Below are positions 50,401 to 59,140 of a stretch of 64,000 bases of DNA, piece by piece; within the stretch, counting starts at the first letter, position 1, and every line of letters begins with the position of its first letter. The DNA is taken from positions 96,001 to 160,000 of the forward strand of contig BTVY01000003.1 in the NCBI GenBank assembly GCA_045863335.1, read 5' to 3'. This DNA is from Candidatus Hydrogenedentota bacterium. Lineage in GTDB: Bacteria > Hydrogenedentota > Hydrogenedentia > Hydrogenedentales > SLHB01. Position numbers and translations under genes: made by a program. A model generated the notes under the pieces. That model searched no databases and was not told the DNA's origin. It saw only the letters and a list, made by a program, of their open reading frames with translations.

Positions 50401-51059
50401 GAATTGACCAACGGCAAGTGGCGCTTGTAACCGCAAACGTTACCGGCCGCGACCTTGGTGCAGTCATGGACGATGTGCTCGTGGCAGTCTCGGATGTTGA
50501 CGTGCCGCGCGGATACGAGATTAGCCCGAGCGGCCAGGATCGGGAATTGCGCACGGCCTATTCAAGCCTGCAGTTCGCGCTCATCCTCGCCATTTTCCTC
50601 GTATACGTGGTGATGGCCTGTCAGTTTGAATCGATCTTACACCCCGCGCTCGTCATGACAACCGTGCCGCTTGCGACCATCGGCGTGATCTACACCCTGG
50701 CCGCCATGGAAGTCAGCATCAGTATTCTCGTGTACATCGGCGTTATCGTGCTCGCCGGTATCGTCGTGAATAACGCCATCGTACTGGTCGATTACATCAA
50801 TCAACTCATCGATCGCGGCATGACCAAGACGGATGCAGTCGTGGAAGCGGGTCGCGTCCGGCTTCGTCCGATTTTGATGACGACGCTCACGACCATTCTC
50901 GGCCTTTGGCCCATGGCCGTCGCCACGGGGGAAGGCGACGAAATTCGCCGTCCCATGGCGCTTACGATCATGGCGGGTCTGGCTTCGTCTACGCTGCTCA
51001 CCCTCGTCGTGATCCCGATGGTCTACCACCTCTTCGGCGGGCGGGACAAGAAAGCATGA
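47424..51059 (+). CDS. RND efflux permease (AcrB family), subunit 1
   Basis: LPINLMPDISYP, VTRPLEE, GMLVDNSIVV.E, GIVVNNAIVLVD, RLRPILMT. Confidence 0.93.
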   Translation: MSDPLSEPSEKHFSLPVRRPVTMAMLFLTIVVFGWKSYQELPINLMPDISYPTLTVRTEYEGAAPEDVEKLVTRPLEEQLSIVSGLVELTSTSSAGLSEIVMEFTWGTDMNLAQQDVRDRLDLFDPPREVTEKPVILRYDPTLDPVMRVAVTGEDLSHIADPAEREARSREQLTAIREAAERYVKSDLEAEIGIAQVLVKGGREIEVEVMVDAAIVKNIGLSVEGVVQALAQQNINLSGGILREGKTEYLVRTKNEWQDVNEIPDSVIGSTSTGQPVRLSDVATVRIGEKDRESIVRINGSEAVELDIFKWGDANTVRTCNTVKDLLGFAREKNSLERLRDYMNEASQPPPDADLPSVIVMQQLAKEMEKSRTLRNKLPDYAQFHIVSDQSRFISSAIKEVQSAAVNGGFLAIIVLYFFLRKLKPTIIMGVAIPISIVATFIPMFMQDLTLNIMSLGGLAMGVGMLVDNSIVVMESISRCMEEGDDTSASANRGRQEVFGALIASTLTSIAVFMPLAFVQGVAGQLFRDHALTVTYSLLASLLVALYLVPMIASRTKLALIASGDVVWILKAYHQSRQEDGKGRLASALAIPLNAALASAQWLIDQATVNYGPALARLRSALSGGEGPALLGPLRRVWNLVIGAVLIVLVTLLFSIQCALQVFLQFLITLLFFVSILFGALFGLVAGLLHVILWIPLYLFDLLFETFRSSYAVWLRYALRWSPAILLLVALLAVHSATLVPTLGRELIPAMNQGEFGVRLEEPPGTRLEETERRSLDIERLALAMPEIGNVAVEIGQESEKANSERGENVAEFSISLKNPKEDVIHQDAIMNRLRDAIAGVSSGEVTFSLPSLFSFKTAIELQIRGDQYDELERIGKRVVDAIDSVPGVKDPELNMKEGSPEIIIELDRDLLAAKGIAPETVAQRLRTEVQGDLPTELNRQGEKVDIRVRTDRKMLSSVDDLRRLSVTDGYPPIPLDSVARISVQEGPNEIRRIDQRQVALVTANVTGRDLGAVMDDVLVAVSDVDVPRGYEISPSGQDRELRTAYSSLQFALILAIFLVYVVMACQFESILHPALVMTTVPLATIGVIYTLAAMEVSISILVYIGVIVLAGIVVNNAIVLVDYINQLIDRGMTKTDAVVEAGRVRLRPILMTTLTTILGLWPMAVATGEGDEIRRPMALTIMAGLASSTLLTLVVIPMVYHLFGGRDKKA

Positions 51060-54000
51060 AACGGTCCCTCCCCGGTATAGCGCTCAGCCGTCCCATCACG
51101 GTGATCATGCTCGTTATCACGGTAATCGGATTGGGCATTATTGCGCGCTACCGGATTCCCCTGGAATTCCTGCCGCCTATGGATCTGCCCTTCATCATCT
51201 GCCAGATCCCCTATGTGGGCGCTACACCGGAACAGGTCGAGAAGGAAGTCGCCATTCCCGCCGAAGGCGAGTTCCGCACCGTGTCCAGTCTGAAACGAAT
51301 CCAGACCACATCGGACATGAACGGCTGTCTCGTGCGCATGTTCTTTGACATGGGCACGGACATGTCGCTCGCCACAGCGGAAGTGCGGGACCGTATCGAA
51401 CGGCTCAAGCTAGTCCTCCCGGACGAGATCGAGCGCGTGGCCCTCAGGAAGTTTAGCGCCAACTCCATGCCGGTCATGGCGCTCGCCCTGTACAGCCCTG
51501 AAGACGACGAAGAACTCACCTACCGTGTGCGCACCATTCTTCAGCCCCGCATGATGCGCCTCGAAGGCGTCGCGGATGTCAGCGTATTCGGAAAGCCCGA
51601 ACGGGAAGTCTTGATCGAGTTTAATCAATCCGAACTCCGCAGCCGCGGGCTGAGCCTCTTCCAGGTCGTGTCGTCGTTGCGCCAGACCAGCATCAATATG
51701 ACCGTGGGCGACATGGTCGACGGCAATATGCGCTACTACGTGCGCGCCATCGATGAGTTCACCACGCCGGAAGACCTCGGCCAGTTGGTAGTCGGTCCCA
51801 ACTCCCTCCGCCTGCGCGACGTGGCCAATGTGGGTTACCGTACGCGCGAAGTGGATTCCGGCTATGCCATCGACGGCCAATCCGGCACCTTCCTGCTGGT
51901 GCGCAAGGAATCCGAGGCGAACGCCATCAACACCTGCGCCGAAGTGCGCGCGGAACTGGCGCGTATGACCGAAGATCCGCTCTTTAAAGACGTTCAGTAC
52001 TTCATGTTCTTCGATCAGAGCGAGGTCATTCTCTCCGCGCTCGAGGGCCTCGTCGCGGCGGGCCAATTCGGCGGTGCGCTCGCGGTCGTCGTATTATTCC
52101 TGTTCCTCGGCCGCATCCGGCCAACCCTTATCGTCGCGCTCGCCATTCCCGCATCGGTCGTCGTCGCACTTGTGTTCATGTTTTTCATCGGCATGAGCCT
52201 GAACCTCGTCACTATGATCTCGCTGATCATTGGACTCGGCATGCTCGTGGACAACTCCATCGTCGTGATCGAGAACATCACGCGCCACGTGCAGCTCGGG
52301 TACAAGCCGAAGGAAGCCGCACTGCGCGGCGCCTCGGAAATGGCCATGGCGATCACCGCGTCGACCCTCACCACCTGCGTGGTCTTTATTCCCATCCTTT
52401 ACATGGGCGTGGGGGAGATGTCGACCTACATGCGCGCCTTCGCCGTGCCCATCACCGTATCGTTGGGCGCAAGTTTGGTGATCGCCCTCACCGTGATCCC
52501 GCTCGCCGCAAGCCGCATGAAACCCCGGCATGAGTTGGCCCTCGCGCGCGTATTCAATCGCCCCGCCATGGCCCAAACGCCGGGCAGCGCCGCGGTGACA
52601 ACCGAAAAGCGCCGTTCGCGGTTCCCGAAACTCATGCATCCCATTCATTATCTCATCAGCACCTACATCAAATGCCTCGATTGGGTGCTGCGCTGGCGCT
52701 TGGCAACCGCCATCGTGGTTCTCTTTGTGCTGGCGCTCACGTACCTCATACCCTTCAGTCATCTCAAACGCCAGGGCATGCCTACGGTAGACACACGACG
52801 GATTTCCATTGAAGTCGTCTTGGACCAGGGATTCACGTTGGATCAGTCGCGCGCCACTTTCCTCGAAATCGAGGACATTCTCGATGAGCAGCGGGAAGAA
52901 CTAGGCATCAAGAACGTGTTCAGCCGCTACGACCCCTCCGGCGGCGAAGTCGATATCTACCTCTACACCGACGAGGATCTCGAGGAATCCGGCGAAGAAC
53001 TCGCCTACTCCACGGAAGACGCCATGGACATCCTCTGGCAGCGTCTCCCGTCCCGCGTGCCCGGCGGCGAACTGCGCTTCTCCATCGCCGAAGCCAGCGA
53101 GACGTCGTCCCGATCGTTCGCGCTGCAGATCCGCGGCGACGACGCACGCACGCTGGCTACCTACGCCGACCGCCTCAAGGTGCTCATGCAGGAGAATATC
53201 CCCGAGATTACCGAGGTCATCACCGATTCGGAACGGGCCAAACAAGAAGTGCAGCTCGACGTCAACGAGACGCTCGCCGAGTTCTACGGACTCACGCCCC
53301 TCGCCATCGCGCAGACTGTCGATTTCGCCCTCCGCGGCATACAGATCACCAAGCTAAAGCAGGGCGGACGCGAGATCCCCGTCTGGGCCCAGTTCCAGGA
53401 AGAAGACCGCAAGTCGCGCGGCAACCTCGAGAACGTGACCGTCTACGGCGCGAAAGGCGAGCCCGTCCCCATCAACCGCGTCGTGGAGTTCTCCAAGGGA
53501 CGCAGCCCCCAGGCCATCTCGCGCGTGAATGGAAAGAACGTGGTGACCGTCACCGCCAAGATCCGCGGCGAGAACCTCGGCGGCGTCCTGGATGAACTCA
53601 AGACGATCCTGAACGACTTCGACATGCCCACCGGATACAGCGTCGAATTCGGCGACGAACTCATGGCCCTCGACGAAAACATGGCCAGCTTCAGCACGGC
53701 GCTCTTTCTGGCCGTAATTCTCATCTACATCGTCATGGGCTCAGTATTTGAGTCCTATCTGCTGCCCTGGTCCATCCTGACCACCTTGCCCCTCGCCGGT
53801 GTGGGCGTCGCGTGGTCCCTCTACATTTTCGACTCCGCCGTCGACACCGTCACCATGATCGGCGTTATCCTCCTCGCCGGCATCGTCGTCAACAACGGCA
53901 TCGTGCTCATCGACTACATCAACCAGATGCGCAAGACCGGCATGGACCGGCACGACGCGATCATCGGATCCGGCCGCGACCGCTTCCGCCCCGTCATGAT

Positions 54001-54226
54001 GACCGCCCTCACCACCATCCTCGGCTGCGTGCCCCTCGCCCTCGGCAGCGCCATCGGCGGCGAAGTCTCCTTCGGCGGCCTCGGCCAGGCCCTTATCGGC
54101 GGCCTCACCACCGGCACCGTCCTTACCCTCTTCATCGTCCCCCTCACCTACACCGTCTTCGACGATATCCGCATCTGGTTCCTCGAATTCTTCTCCAACG
54201 TCGCCGGCATCTTCCACCGCGCGTAA
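51056..54226 (+). CDS. RND efflux permease (AcrB family), subunit 2
   Basis: ATG at 51056 overlaps the upstream TGA; GMLVDNSIVV.E, GIVVNNGIVLID, RFRPVMMT. Confidence 0.93.
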   Translation: MKRSLPGIALSRPITVIMLVITVIGLGIIARYRIPLEFLPPMDLPFIICQIPYVGATPEQVEKEVAIPAEGEFRTVSSLKRIQTTSDMNGCLVRMFFDMGTDMSLATAEVRDRIERLKLVLPDEIERVALRKFSANSMPVMALALYSPEDDEELTYRVRTILQPRMMRLEGVADVSVFGKPEREVLIEFNQSELRSRGLSLFQVVSSLRQTSINMTVGDMVDGNMRYYVRAIDEFTTPEDLGQLVVGPNSLRLRDVANVGYRTREVDSGYAIDGQSGTFLLVRKESEANAINTCAEVRAELARMTEDPLFKDVQYFMFFDQSEVILSALEGLVAAGQFGGALAVVVLFLFLGRIRPTLIVALAIPASVVVALVFMFFIGMSLNLVTMISLIIGLGMLVDNSIVVIENITRHVQLGYKPKEAALRGASEMAMAITASTLTTCVVFIPILYMGVGEMSTYMRAFAVPITVSLGASLVIALTVIPLAASRMKPRHELALARVFNRPAMAQTPGSAAVTTEKRRSRFPKLMHPIHYLISTYIKCLDWVLRWRLATAIVVLFVLALTYLIPFSHLKRQGMPTVDTRRISIEVVLDQGFTLDQSRATFLEIEDILDEQREELGIKNVFSRYDPSGGEVDIYLYTDEDLEESGEELAYSTEDAMDILWQRLPSRVPGGELRFSIAEASETSSRSFALQIRGDDARTLATYADRLKVLMQENIPEITEVITDSERAKQEVQLDVNETLAEFYGLTPLAIAQTVDFALRGIQITKLKQGGREIPVWAQFQEEDRKSRGNLENVTVYGAKGEPVPINRVVEFSKGRSPQAISRVNGKNVVTVTAKIRGENLGGVLDELKTILNDFDMPTGYSVEFGDELMALDENMASFSTALFLAVILIYIVMGSVFESYLLPWSILTTLPLAGVGVAWSLYIFDSAVDTVTMIGVILLAGIVVNNGIVLIDYINQMRKTGMDRHDAIIGSGRDRFRPVMMTALTTILGCVPLALGSAIGGEVSFGGLGQALIGGLTTGTVLTLFIVPLTYTVFDDIRIWFLEFFSNVAGIFHRA

Positions 54227-54228
54227 TC

Positions 54229-54552
54229 AGCACGAACACCGCCCGCACCGCCGTGTTCCCATTCACCACCACATTCACCGGGTTCGCCGTCCCCGACGCC
54301 CCGCCTTCCCAATGGTCGAACACCGAATTGGTCCCCGCCGCCGCCGTCAACGTAACCGTCGTGCCCTCTGCCACCTCGTAGAACGCGCCCGTCACGCAGC
54401 TATCGCTAATCTGATATCCCGTCACGGGTTGAATCGGCGGCGAGAGCGACACAGTCCCCGTCTCTGCCCCCGGCATGCACGGCGCCATGTCCTTGGATAC
54501 ATCCAGTTCCCGCAGTGGGTGGAATGCCGCATTGACGGACGTATCGACACGT
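54229..54552 (-). pseudogene. Fragment of a surface protein with an InlB B-repeat-like domain
   Basis: GTVSLSPP...EGTTVTLTAAAGTNSVFDHWEGGASGTANPVNVVVNGNTAVRAVF; no credible start; homology stops at the 42-bp repeat. Confidence 0.6.
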
Positions 54553-54558
54553 CTACAT

Positions 54559-55533
54559 CTATTTGTCCTCCGGCTTCTCGGGCGCAATGAAGGTCAGCGA
54601 ATCCAGCGTAACCTCGGTAATCTTCCCCTCGTGCCATATCTTGAATGTATCGCCTTCGATGGGGAAGGTAATCACCTCGCCCGGCAGTACGCATTGTGTG
54701 TCCGTTTCAATGTTCAAGAGTGTGTCGCGGAAGATGCCAGAAGTCTGCGATGGCCTGATCAGAATCGAGTCGTTCAACCATCCTCGTGGCCAGAAGATTG
54801 CATCTTCGCCAATACTCGTCACGCCTTCCGTCACGTCCGTGTCGGATTCCGTCAAGTACAGCACAAATGGACTGCCCTCGTACGACGGCCGAAAGTAATG
54901 TCTTCCATTAGGGGAAAAGAAGATCGCTCGATGAGGAGTTTCTCTGGTTTCCTTGTCGCGCGGGTCATATTGATAGACGTTGACCCCGGTCTTGAATCCG
55001 AGATCTCGGACATACAGGTTTCCATCGTGCTCCGCCCACGCAAGATCGTAGCCTAGGCAGGTCAGTTTGCGCGCTACTGAATCGTCAATCCGATAGACCC
55101 AGATACTCGCGGGCCGGAATCCCGGGTAGTCTTCATCGTTTATTCCCAGAATGTAAGCAATTGATTTTCCATCAGGTGCCCACGAAAAATGATATACGTC
55201 CGGAATTCTTAGCGTGATTTCCCCCTTCATATCGACAAGTATGAGCGATCTCTGCCCGCCGATGGCTTCTGTGCATGCGACATAGTCGCACCGAGGAGAA
55301 AGCGCTACCTCGATAAGCGTTTCGGCGGCGGTGTACAGCACCTCCTTGTGTCCATCTTCTGGATCGATAATGCACAGTTCCTTCCGGCTAAGGTCCTTAT
55401 CGTGCAGGCTATAATAGACGCCTCCTGCAACGATGAAGTTACACCTACTTTGTGCCGAGATTCCCGATATCTGCCCAAGCGCCGATGCAGCGATAAGCAT
55501 TGGTGTCAGGATACGAATCGTCCTCGCGATCAT
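54559..55533 (-). CDS. Secreted TolB-like beta-propeller hypothetical protein
   Basis: Signal peptide, LSPRCDYVA, FSWAPDGKSIAY, FSPNGRH; GGAG RBS; more AT-rich than the flanks. Confidence 0.6.
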   Translation of the reverse strand: MIARTIRILTPMLIAASALGQISGISAQSRCNFIVAGGVYYSLHDKDLSRKELCIIDPEDGHKEVLYTAAETLIEVALSPRCDYVACTEAIGGQRSLILVDMKGEITLRIPDVYHFSWAPDGKSIAYILGINDEDYPGFRPASIWVYRIDDSVARKLTCLGYDLAWAEHDGNLYVRDLGFKTGVNVYQYDPRDKETRETPHRAIFFSPNGRHYFRPSYEGSPFVLYLTESDTDVTEGVTSIGEDAIFWPRGWLNDSILIRPSQTSGIFRDTLLNIETDTQCVLPGEVITFPIEGDTFKIWHEGKITEVTLDSLTFIAPEKPEDK

Positions 55534-55571
55534 CGTTCGACTCCTATCAGTTGTCCAGCCCATCCGGGTGC

Positions 55572-56472
55572 AATAAATGGGGACAGAAACCATTTATTGC
55601 AACCCTTTCTTCTTTGATCCCTCGCGGGTAAATCCGTGCTCCCGTGAGCCTTTTGTAATACTAGCACTTCGGCCCGGAATTAGCAATGGAGTCGCGTGCT
55701 GGCTCCCATTCACCGGCGTTTGCGGCGGACGCGGTCTTTGCTGCCGTGGGGGCGGCCGCGGGGGATGGCGCGTACGCGACGGCCCAGGTAGGTCTCGACC
55801 TTGCTGAGGAAGGAGCCGCTGCCGAGAGGGCGCCCCGTGCGCGTGTGCAGGCGAAGGAGATCCACCTCGGGGCCGGAATCTGCAATAGCGGCAAGCGTGG
55901 CCTTCCATCTGGCGGCGGGGATTTCCTCAAACCACGCGCCGAGGTCCAGCAACCGGGCCGGGTCGCCCCCTTCGCCGCAGTGGGCAGCCGCGCTGGACCA
56001 CGCGTAGTCCCATGCCGAAGCAGTCATTGCCGCGCGCACGGGATTAAGTTCCACGTACGCCCTCGCATTGTGCGCGTAGGCCTCATCCATGGGGCACGAG
56101 TAAAACCGGCTTTGCCAAAGGTGGCCCAGGCGTCCGTGGAGCCGGTGGATGTACTGGGCGTACATGAGGTGCGTACGCCCCATGGTGTTCGCCAACGATT
56201 CTTCCCGCTCCGGCGTGACCACGAGGTGGACGTGATTCGTCATGAGGCAATACGCCGACACTGCCAGGCCATGGCGTTGCGCGCTCTCCCGCAGAAAGGA
56301 CAAGTAGACGCGCCGGTCGTCATCGGTGAAAAACACGTCTTGCCGGTAGTTGCCCCGCTGCGTGACATGATGAGCCACTCCGGGGAGAACGATTCGCGCC
56401 TGTCGTGCCATGATGAGACGATAGCACGGGGCGGGGAGGGGATGCAATAAATGGTTACTGTCCCCATTTATT
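55572..56472. mobile_element. RAYT element bounded by 30-bp inverted, internally palindromic repeats
   Basis: AATAAATGGGGACAG(A/T)AACCATTTATTGCA at 55572-55601 and inverted at 56443-56472. Confidence 0.8.
55710..56411 (-). CDS. REP-associated tyrosine transposase (Y1 HUH, IS200 superfamily)
   Basis: HHVTQRGN, AYCLMTNHVHLVV (HUH), GHLWQSRFYS, YVELNPVRA, YAWSS. Confidence 0.93.
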   Translation of the reverse strand: MARQARIVLPGVAHHVTQRGNYRQDVFFTDDDRRVYLSFLRESAQRHGLAVSAYCLMTNHVHLVVTPEREESLANTMGRTHLMYAQYIHRLHGRLGHLWQSRFYSCPMDEAYAHNARAYVELNPVRAAMTASAWDYAWSSAAAHCGEGGDPARLLDLGAWFEEIPAARWKATLAAIADSGPEVDLLRLHTRTGRPLGSGSFLSKVETYLGRRVRAIPRGRPHGSKDRVRRKRR

Positions 56473-56514
56473 CTTCTCCAACGTCGCCGGCATCTTCCAC
56501 CGCGCGTAATCCAC

Positions 56515-56534
56515 CTTCAGCGCGAAAGCTGAAG
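56515..56534 (+). terminator. Hairpin directly after the second copy of the RND stop codon
   Basis: CTTCAGC-GCGAAA-GCTGAAG; no U-tract. Confidence 0.35.
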
Positions 56535-56548
56535 TGCTCCCCCCTCAA

Positions 56549-56723
56549 GTAGGTCGGGAATGATTCCCGACCAGTGCATGCAGATAACCCGCGTCACAAC
56601 CCAACGCGCTATCCCTGCGCCAGGCCGCACGAATGACCGTCCCCCTTCCTCAGAACGCGCGCCGCCCCTCGCCGGAATCGAAACCGCCGCCCTGATTCAG
56701 GTCGGGAATCATTCCCGACCTAC
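56549..56723. repeat. GTAG-type REP doublet (REPIN)
   Basis: GTAGGTCGGGAATGATTCCCGACC (56549-56572) and its exact reverse complement (56700-56723). Confidence 0.88.
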
Positions 56724-56857
56724 GGGGGCACGCTACCATCTCCCCGTGAACGTCGCTCGGTATGTCGCTGCCTAGGCTAGTCGTCTGTGACCGGAGCGGC
56801 TCAGACAGGGGTGACTTGAGTAGATTGCTGTCAATGACGCTTGGTTTCAAGAGTCTT

Positions 56858-58993
56858 TTATCGGATTGGTAGCTCATCGGCCCCTTGGGAGCCGTCCACA
56901 AGCGAAACCGCAACATGGCTGTCCCCGTCGAGGGCCGCTGTGGCAAACGCTTCGATATCCTGCAAGGAATTGGCGGGCGAGACGGCTTGCCATTCCTCGA
57001 TGTTCCACACACCATCATTGTCTGCATCGCGTTCCCATAAGAAGTACACTTGCGACGACCGGTCGTAATTGTTGCGGTCAATGGTAACTCCAGACAACGC
57101 GTTCTCAACCAAATCCCGCACGCTCTCCACCGTATCAAAATCCCCGAGCGTCATGTATCCGGCAACGATGCGGACAATGCGCGGGTCGTAGCCACTCAGG
57201 TCAATGGATGCTCGTGCAAGGTTGGCGCGCCAGGCCTCCCAAACCGGTTCGTGAGCGATGGCACTCCGTGCGGTCCAATCGAGATGGCGGGTCTTGAGCA
57301 CCGTTTCGAGGAGGTATAGTTCCGCGGCATCTAGAATACCGTTGCCCACGTACACGCGCTCCCCGGAATCGAACACCACTTCGTTCCGGTCGAACGTGGC
57401 CGACGTCGCACTCTCGCCCACGGCCTGAAGGAAATAGTCGAGATCGCCCACCATATCCAGGTCGGTCAATCCCGGCCTCTCGATAAAATGAGCATAGACT
57501 TCCAACGCGCCTTCGATGGTGGCCGAAGTCTTTTCTGAAAGCCAATTCACATGACCGGGAAAGTTTCCAATCCAATAGTCAAAAGCCCAGTTCGGCGCCG
57601 GGGTGGCCGTGAACTCCACCTTCGTGCCTTCGCGCAAGAGACCTGATTCTGGCGTGATGGTTCCGTTGCCGACAACGCCGGTCCTGACCTGATGGTACCG
57701 CGGTCCCGTGTCCGAGATGTCGGGGCGAGTCGCGGTGCTTGCGTGGATGCGCTGTATCGCTCTCGAAAGCTCCTCATTGATGTATGGAAACAGTTCCGAG
57801 CCTGAACCGTTACCGAATTCGGTCTGAATTACGCTCTGGATACTTCTCAGTAGTCCCTCCTGCACTCCATAGAGGTCTTGTCGCCACTGGCCTTTTTCAG
57901 TGGTTTCATAAGCGTGCAATGCTGCGTCAAAACATTGCCGGGCCGCTTCTATGTCCGCCGCATCCTCCCTGGCCGCTGCACGCTGGCACACGGAATGCAG
58001 CGTGACATCGATTTGGAGTCCGCGGCGCATCAGATTGACAAGTTCATCTGAAGCAGCGCTCCCGCCGACCTGCGTTCCATCGATGGCGAGCCGTCGAATA
58101 GCGGTCTTGGTTACGAGGTCGCCGTTCGGAAACGCGTCATCCCTGTGTTTCATCGCGATACGCGCCAGCCGCTCCGGCGGCGCGTCCATCAAGGAAAGGA
58201 ATGTTTCTTCCGCGACCAGTCTGCGATTCCCTGTAAGCCCTGTCAACGGATCGACTTTAGTTCCGGACAGCGCGTTCTCGTCACGATACAAACGCTGTTC
58301 GGGCACGTTTTCTGTAAGGAATTGTAGAATCTCGTCGTAACGCTCCTGGCAGACAAATCCAATCCAGGAGACTTTGCGGCGTACCAACCAGCGCACCTCT
58401 TGATCGGGATGTGCCACGTATTCCTTCAGAATCTCCAGAATTGCGCTTGTACCGTCGCGGGGAGTAACCTCCGGCGCATAAAACGTCGTGGCGTACGCGA
58501 CTTTTAAGATCGCACCAATCTCTTCCGGATCCGATGTGGCGCTCAGTTGCGCCTCCAATGCCTTCAGCAAGACACCTCGGTGTCGTGCGCGATCGTCGGG
58601 CGACTCAAAGCGCATGCGTTTGTTGCACTCCGCCAGCCACAACAGAATCTGCAGCTCACCAGACGGTAGATCCTCTGTCCAATCATCTATGAATCGCTCC
58701 TCGAATGCGTTGGCGAGTAGTTTGTCGTCAAGTGGTTGAGTTCGTTCCTCAGCCCGCAGCAGCAAGGTGTCGAAATACCGATCGAGGTTGGTCTCGGACT
58801 CGGTGGCGATAATCAAGAGTTCCGCGCCCTCGGTTGGGTCTCCATTCATGACACGTTCGATGTTAACCGGCCGGCTGCACGCGGCCATGGCGAGTGAGAG
58901 AACAACAAGCGCCAATGGGGCGCTCCTCCGAGTTGATCGCAGGTTGATCCGCTGCGGGTTCCTGCGCGTGCGGTAGTCCTCAATGCCCTTCAT
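56858..58993 (-). CDS. Hypothetical lipoprotein: helical N-terminal region, InlB B-repeat-like domain and acidic Ca-binding-like C-terminus
   Basis: GGAGG RBS before the ATG at 58993; LAMAAC lipobox; GNGTITPESG...GTKVEFTATPAPNWAFDYW; DADNDGVWNIEE. Confidence 0.65.
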   Translation of the reverse strand: MKGIEDYRTRRNPQRINLRSTRRSAPLALVVLSLAMAACSRPVNIERVMNGDPTEGAELLIIATESETNLDRYFDTLLLRAEERTQPLDDKLLANAFEERFIDDWTEDLPSGELQILLWLAECNKRMRFESPDDRARHRGVLLKALEAQLSATSDPEEIGAILKVAYATTFYAPEVTPRDGTSAILEILKEYVAHPDQEVRWLVRRKVSWIGFVCQERYDEILQFLTENVPEQRLYRDENALSGTKVDPLTGLTGNRRLVAEETFLSLMDAPPERLARIAMKHRDDAFPNGDLVTKTAIRRLAIDGTQVGGSAASDELVNLMRRGLQIDVTLHSVCQRAAAREDAADIEAARQCFDAALHAYETTEKGQWRQDLYGVQEGLLRSIQSVIQTEFGNGSGSELFPYINEELSRAIQRIHASTATRPDISDTGPRYHQVRTGVVGNGTITPESGLLREGTKVEFTATPAPNWAFDYWIGNFPGHVNWLSEKTSATIEGALEVYAHFIERPGLTDLDMVGDLDYFLQAVGESATSATFDRNEVVFDSGERVYVGNGILDAAELYLLETVLKTRHLDWTARSAIAHEPVWEAWRANLARASIDLSGYDPRIVRIVAGYMTLGDFDTVESVRDLVENALSGVTIDRNNYDRSSQVYFLWERDADNDGVWNIEEWQAVSPANSLQDIEAFATAALDGDSHVAVSLVDGSQGADELPIR

Positions 58994-59140
58994 CCGATTG
59001 ACCTCCTTTTGAACGCGTCTGCAATAGAGGTGCGAAAGATTGTAGAGGCTTGTACCCCGGAATCCGCGCTTGACCGCCCGTGGCTGATTTGGTTGAATGG
59101 CCGGATGCCTTGACGCGGAATGGTTGGGAAGGAGCGGACT

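Larger units (their letters stand above)
54187..56511. mobile_element. 2.2-kb insert bounded by a perfect 42-bp direct repeat of the RND gene 3' end (54187-54228 and 56470-56511)
   Basis: ATTCTTCTCCAACGTCGCCGGCATCTTCCACCGCGCGTAATC occurs twice. Confidence 0.85.
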
